From assembly GCA_965198115.1 (NCBI GenBank), contig OZ240241.1, positions 5,408,001 to 5,472,000 on the forward strand: DNA of 64,000 bases. The letters are read 5' to 3'. The DNA is from Candidatus Latescibacterota bacterium. GTDB taxonomy: Bacteria; Latescibacterota; UBA2968. The notes beneath the pieces were generated by a model. The model saw only the letters and a list, made by a program, of their open reading frames with translations. It was not told the origin of the DNA and did not search any database. Positions 61,773 to 64,000 of this stretch are shown in pieces. Every line of letters starts with the position of its first letter. Within the stretch, counting starts at the first letter, position 1. Position numbers and translations under genes: made by a program.

Positions 61773-62642
61773 TTAAATGACCTGGTCAAGCGCCTTCATA
61801 TACCCGATCGTCCAGCTCAACCCGGCCGCCCGGTCTCCGGCAATGGAAGGAAAGTGTTCCGGATAGAGCTGACCCTTGAAATCGATCTCCTTCAACGCCC
61901 GAAACGTCTCCACCATATCCACTTCCCCCGTCCCGAACGCCACTTCCAGGTAGCCCAACCCTTCCAACCGTTCGCGTACCTCCGCGTCGATCGGATCGCT
62001 CACGCGCGTCACGATATCTCGAATGTGGACCATGAACGTCCGGTCGCCGAATGCCCGCACGGCGGCGCCCAGATCGTCCCCCGCTAACTCCGACTTGCCC
62101 TGGCAGAAAATCACCCCATTCGCCGGGCTGTCGACCTCCTCGAACAGGCGCTCCATCGTCTCCAGGTTCCAAAGGATTCGGTCCGGCCGGTGAAAGTGAT
62201 GGGTTGACACCTTGACGCCCTGTTCCTCCGCCACATCCGTCAACTCTCGATAGTATTCGACGAGCCCCGCCCACAGACATTCCCGCTCCGGCTGACCCTC
62301 GGGCACGACTTCGTTGCTCGAATACAGGTGCAAATAGGGAATCCCTGCTTTGCCCATCGCTCTCACGATGCCCGTCATCACCGCCATCTCCTGACTACGT
62401 GCATCTGTATCCCGAAGCGCAGCCAAACTCGTCCGCGGTGGTCGCAAGGAAGAAAGCGTCACACCTCCTGAGCGATACTTCTCCGCCACACCTACCAAGT
62501 CATCAGCATCCGGTACCTCACCCCCATCCTCCGCCAACTCCGACGCCGAGTGAATGATGTAGTGGACATCCGAATCCGTGCAGAAAGCGATATTCTTCTC
62601 GTAATCCGTCCCGAATGGTGCAAACACGCCGATGTCGAGCAT
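61773..62642 (-). CDS. Sugar phosphate isomerase/UxuA-like TIM-barrel protein
   Basis: NGVIFCQG, VHIRD, FGTGEVD, LYPEH. Confidence 0.82.
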   Translation of the reverse strand: MLDIGVFAPFGTDYEKNIAFCTDSDVHYIIHSASELAEDGGEVPDADDLVGVAEKYRSGGVTLSSLRPPRTSLAALRDTDARSQEMAVMTGIVRAMGKAGIPYLHLYSSNEVVPEGQPERECLWAGLVEYYRELTDVAEEQGVKVSTHHFHRPDRILWNLETMERLFEEVDSPANGVIFCQGKSELAGDDLGAAVRAFGDRTFMVHIRDIVTRVSDPIDAEVRERLEGLGYLEVAFGTGEVDMVETFRALKEIDFKGQLYPEHFPSIAGDRAAGLSWTIGYMKALDQVI

Positions 62643-62677
62643 AACAGCCCTCCAATTCTCGATTCTCGATCCTCAGT

Positions 62678-63580
62678 TTAGGCAAGTCGCGCCACTGCCT
62701 CGATGTGGGCCGGCGACAAGCCGCAACACCCCCCGATCCCGTTGATCCCCTCCTCGATCCACTGTTTTCCGTAGTCCGCCAGACTCTCAGGTGTCAACGA
62801 ATCGTCGAATTGCCAGTTCGGCATCTTGAACGTCCCCGAGTCCGGGTACGCGGAAGTTGGGCCGTCAAATGACTTCCGGATGGTCTCGATTGCGTCCGAG
62901 ACGATCGGACTACCCGTGTGCATCACACCGACCGCGGCGACACCTGGGCGATTCGCCACCTGAAGGATCTCCTCGAACGGAATGTCCTGTCCCTGCGCGA
63001 ACGAAAGGAGCGATCCTCCCTCACTCTGTCGCGCGGACAGGCCCGCCCAAACCGGGAGGCCTGTCTCCAGAGCGGCCGTCACGGCCAGCTCGATCCGCTG
63101 GGGCAGATACATCATTTCCAGCAGAATCAGATCGACGCCTTCCTGCGACATAATCGATGCCATCTCACCGAACGTATCGGTCAACTCCTGGACCGAAGCT
63201 GATGGCATGCTTCCGTAGCCTTCCGTCCAATGCGACAGCGACCCCGCCACGGCTACACCCTCCACCCCTGCCCGGTCCCGCGCCCGCTGAACGGTCTCGA
63301 TCGCAGCCCTGTTCACATCGTAGACTCGATCCCAGTATCCCGCCGCCTCCAGCATCGGTCGAGACGACGAAAACGTGTTCGCCGTAACGATGCGGGCCCC
63401 TGCCGCGATATAATCGACGTGAATCTGCTCCAGCACATCCGACTGTTCGAGATTCGCCGTCGCGCTCCAGGACTGCTTGTCCATCGTCACGCCCCGACGC
63501 TCCAGCTCGGTGCCGATGCCGGCGTCGATCACGACCAACTCGTTAGATGCGATGCGTTTTTCTATGGCTTCGTAGGACAT
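62678..63580 (-). CDS. Homocysteine S-methyltransferase family protein
   Basis: IDAGIGTELERRG, HVDYIAAGA, YPDSG, GGCCG. Confidence 0.9.
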   Translation of the reverse strand: MSYEAIEKRIASNELVVIDAGIGTELERRGVTMDKQSWSATANLEQSDVLEQIHVDYIAAGARIVTANTFSSSRPMLEAAGYWDRVYDVNRAAIETVQRARDRAGVEGVAVAGSLSHWTEGYGSMPSASVQELTDTFGEMASIMSQEGVDLILLEMMYLPQRIELAVTAALETGLPVWAGLSARQSEGGSLLSFAQGQDIPFEEILQVANRPGVAAVGVMHTGSPIVSDAIETIRKSFDGPTSAYPDSGTFKMPNWQFDDSLTPESLADYGKQWIEEGINGIGGCCGLSPAHIEAVARLA

Positions 63581-63588
63581 GGCTTATC

Positions 63589-63642
63589 CGGTGTTCGGTG
63601 TTCGGTGTTCGGTGTTCGGTGTTCGGTGTTCGGTGTTCGGTG
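63589..63642. repeat. Perfect heptamer VNTR (CGGTGTT)7.7
   Basis: Seven exact copies plus CGGTG, 8 nt from the start codon at 63580. Confidence 0.95.
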
Positions 63643-63708
63643 AAAAGAGGAAAGCGAAAGAGCAAGCGCGGGAGCAAATGTTCTATGCTCTATCTTCAAT
63701 ACTCAATG

Positions 63709-64000
63709 TCAAATTTCTTCAAACGGATACATAGGCCGACGCCGGTAGACGTAATCGAACGTCCGCATATCCGCGGCCGTCGCTCCCGACGTGTTCACTC
63801 GAATCAGCTTCGTGCACACGGGCTCATAGGCCGCCACCGGTGCGTGAACGCCCTTCGCCACGAGGATCTGAAAATCGGCGGGATCCAGCCCGATGCTCGT
63901 CACCACACCGAGGCTCACCGGCACGGTACGTCGTAATGTCAGACTGATCGTCAACCCCGTATCTGTCACCACAACGGCTGTAGGCCCCATATCGAAATGC
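63709..64000 (-). CDS. MlrC/M81 metallopeptidase, 3' end, partial
   Basis: MGPTAVV, GLDP, ILVAKGVHAP, RRRPMYPFE. Confidence 0.85.
   Translation of the reverse strand, partial: HFDMGPTAVVVTDTGLTISLTLRRTVPVSLGVVTSIGLDPADFQILVAKGVHAPVAAYEPVCTKLIRVNTSGATAADMRTFDYVYRRRPMYPFEEI

Noticed and set aside
63589-63642. CRISPR array
   Set aside because: 7-nt units without spacers and no cas genes in the window.

Overview
GC-rich bacterial chromosomal window. Gene content (sulfatase, UxuA-like, HEAT, beta-propeller histidine kinase, MacB-type permeases) is suggestive of Latescibacterota/FCB-PVC-like lineages, but that is inference only. The first ~37 kb is mostly intact housekeeping: glnE, glnB, an ECF double ATPase with pyrC and carA, rsfS-mtnA, SPOR-mltD-mreD-mrdA-rodA, dnaE and aroA. 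The last ~27 kb is an accessory region with many pseudogenes. Seven IS copies are present: four near-identical ISL3, one IS256 splitting a GNAT gene, and a head-to-tail IS200/IS605 tnpA dimer. The most unusual signals are: (1) an array in which small cargo genes are separated by repeated, decaying copies of a histidine-kinase 3' end (57.5-60.1 kb); (2) an IS200 tandem whose 3' end can pair with the loop of the RBS-sequestering 5' hairpin; (3) a multi-uORF, terminator-containing leader before a drug-efflux-type ABC operon; (4) many unrelated heptamer tandem repeats, including an in-frame insertion in the kinase; (5) an ART/Tpt1-like HGT domain fused to HEAT repeats; (6) candidate sigma54 promoters and structured RNAs. 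I recognised no rRNA, tRNA or CRISPR array.
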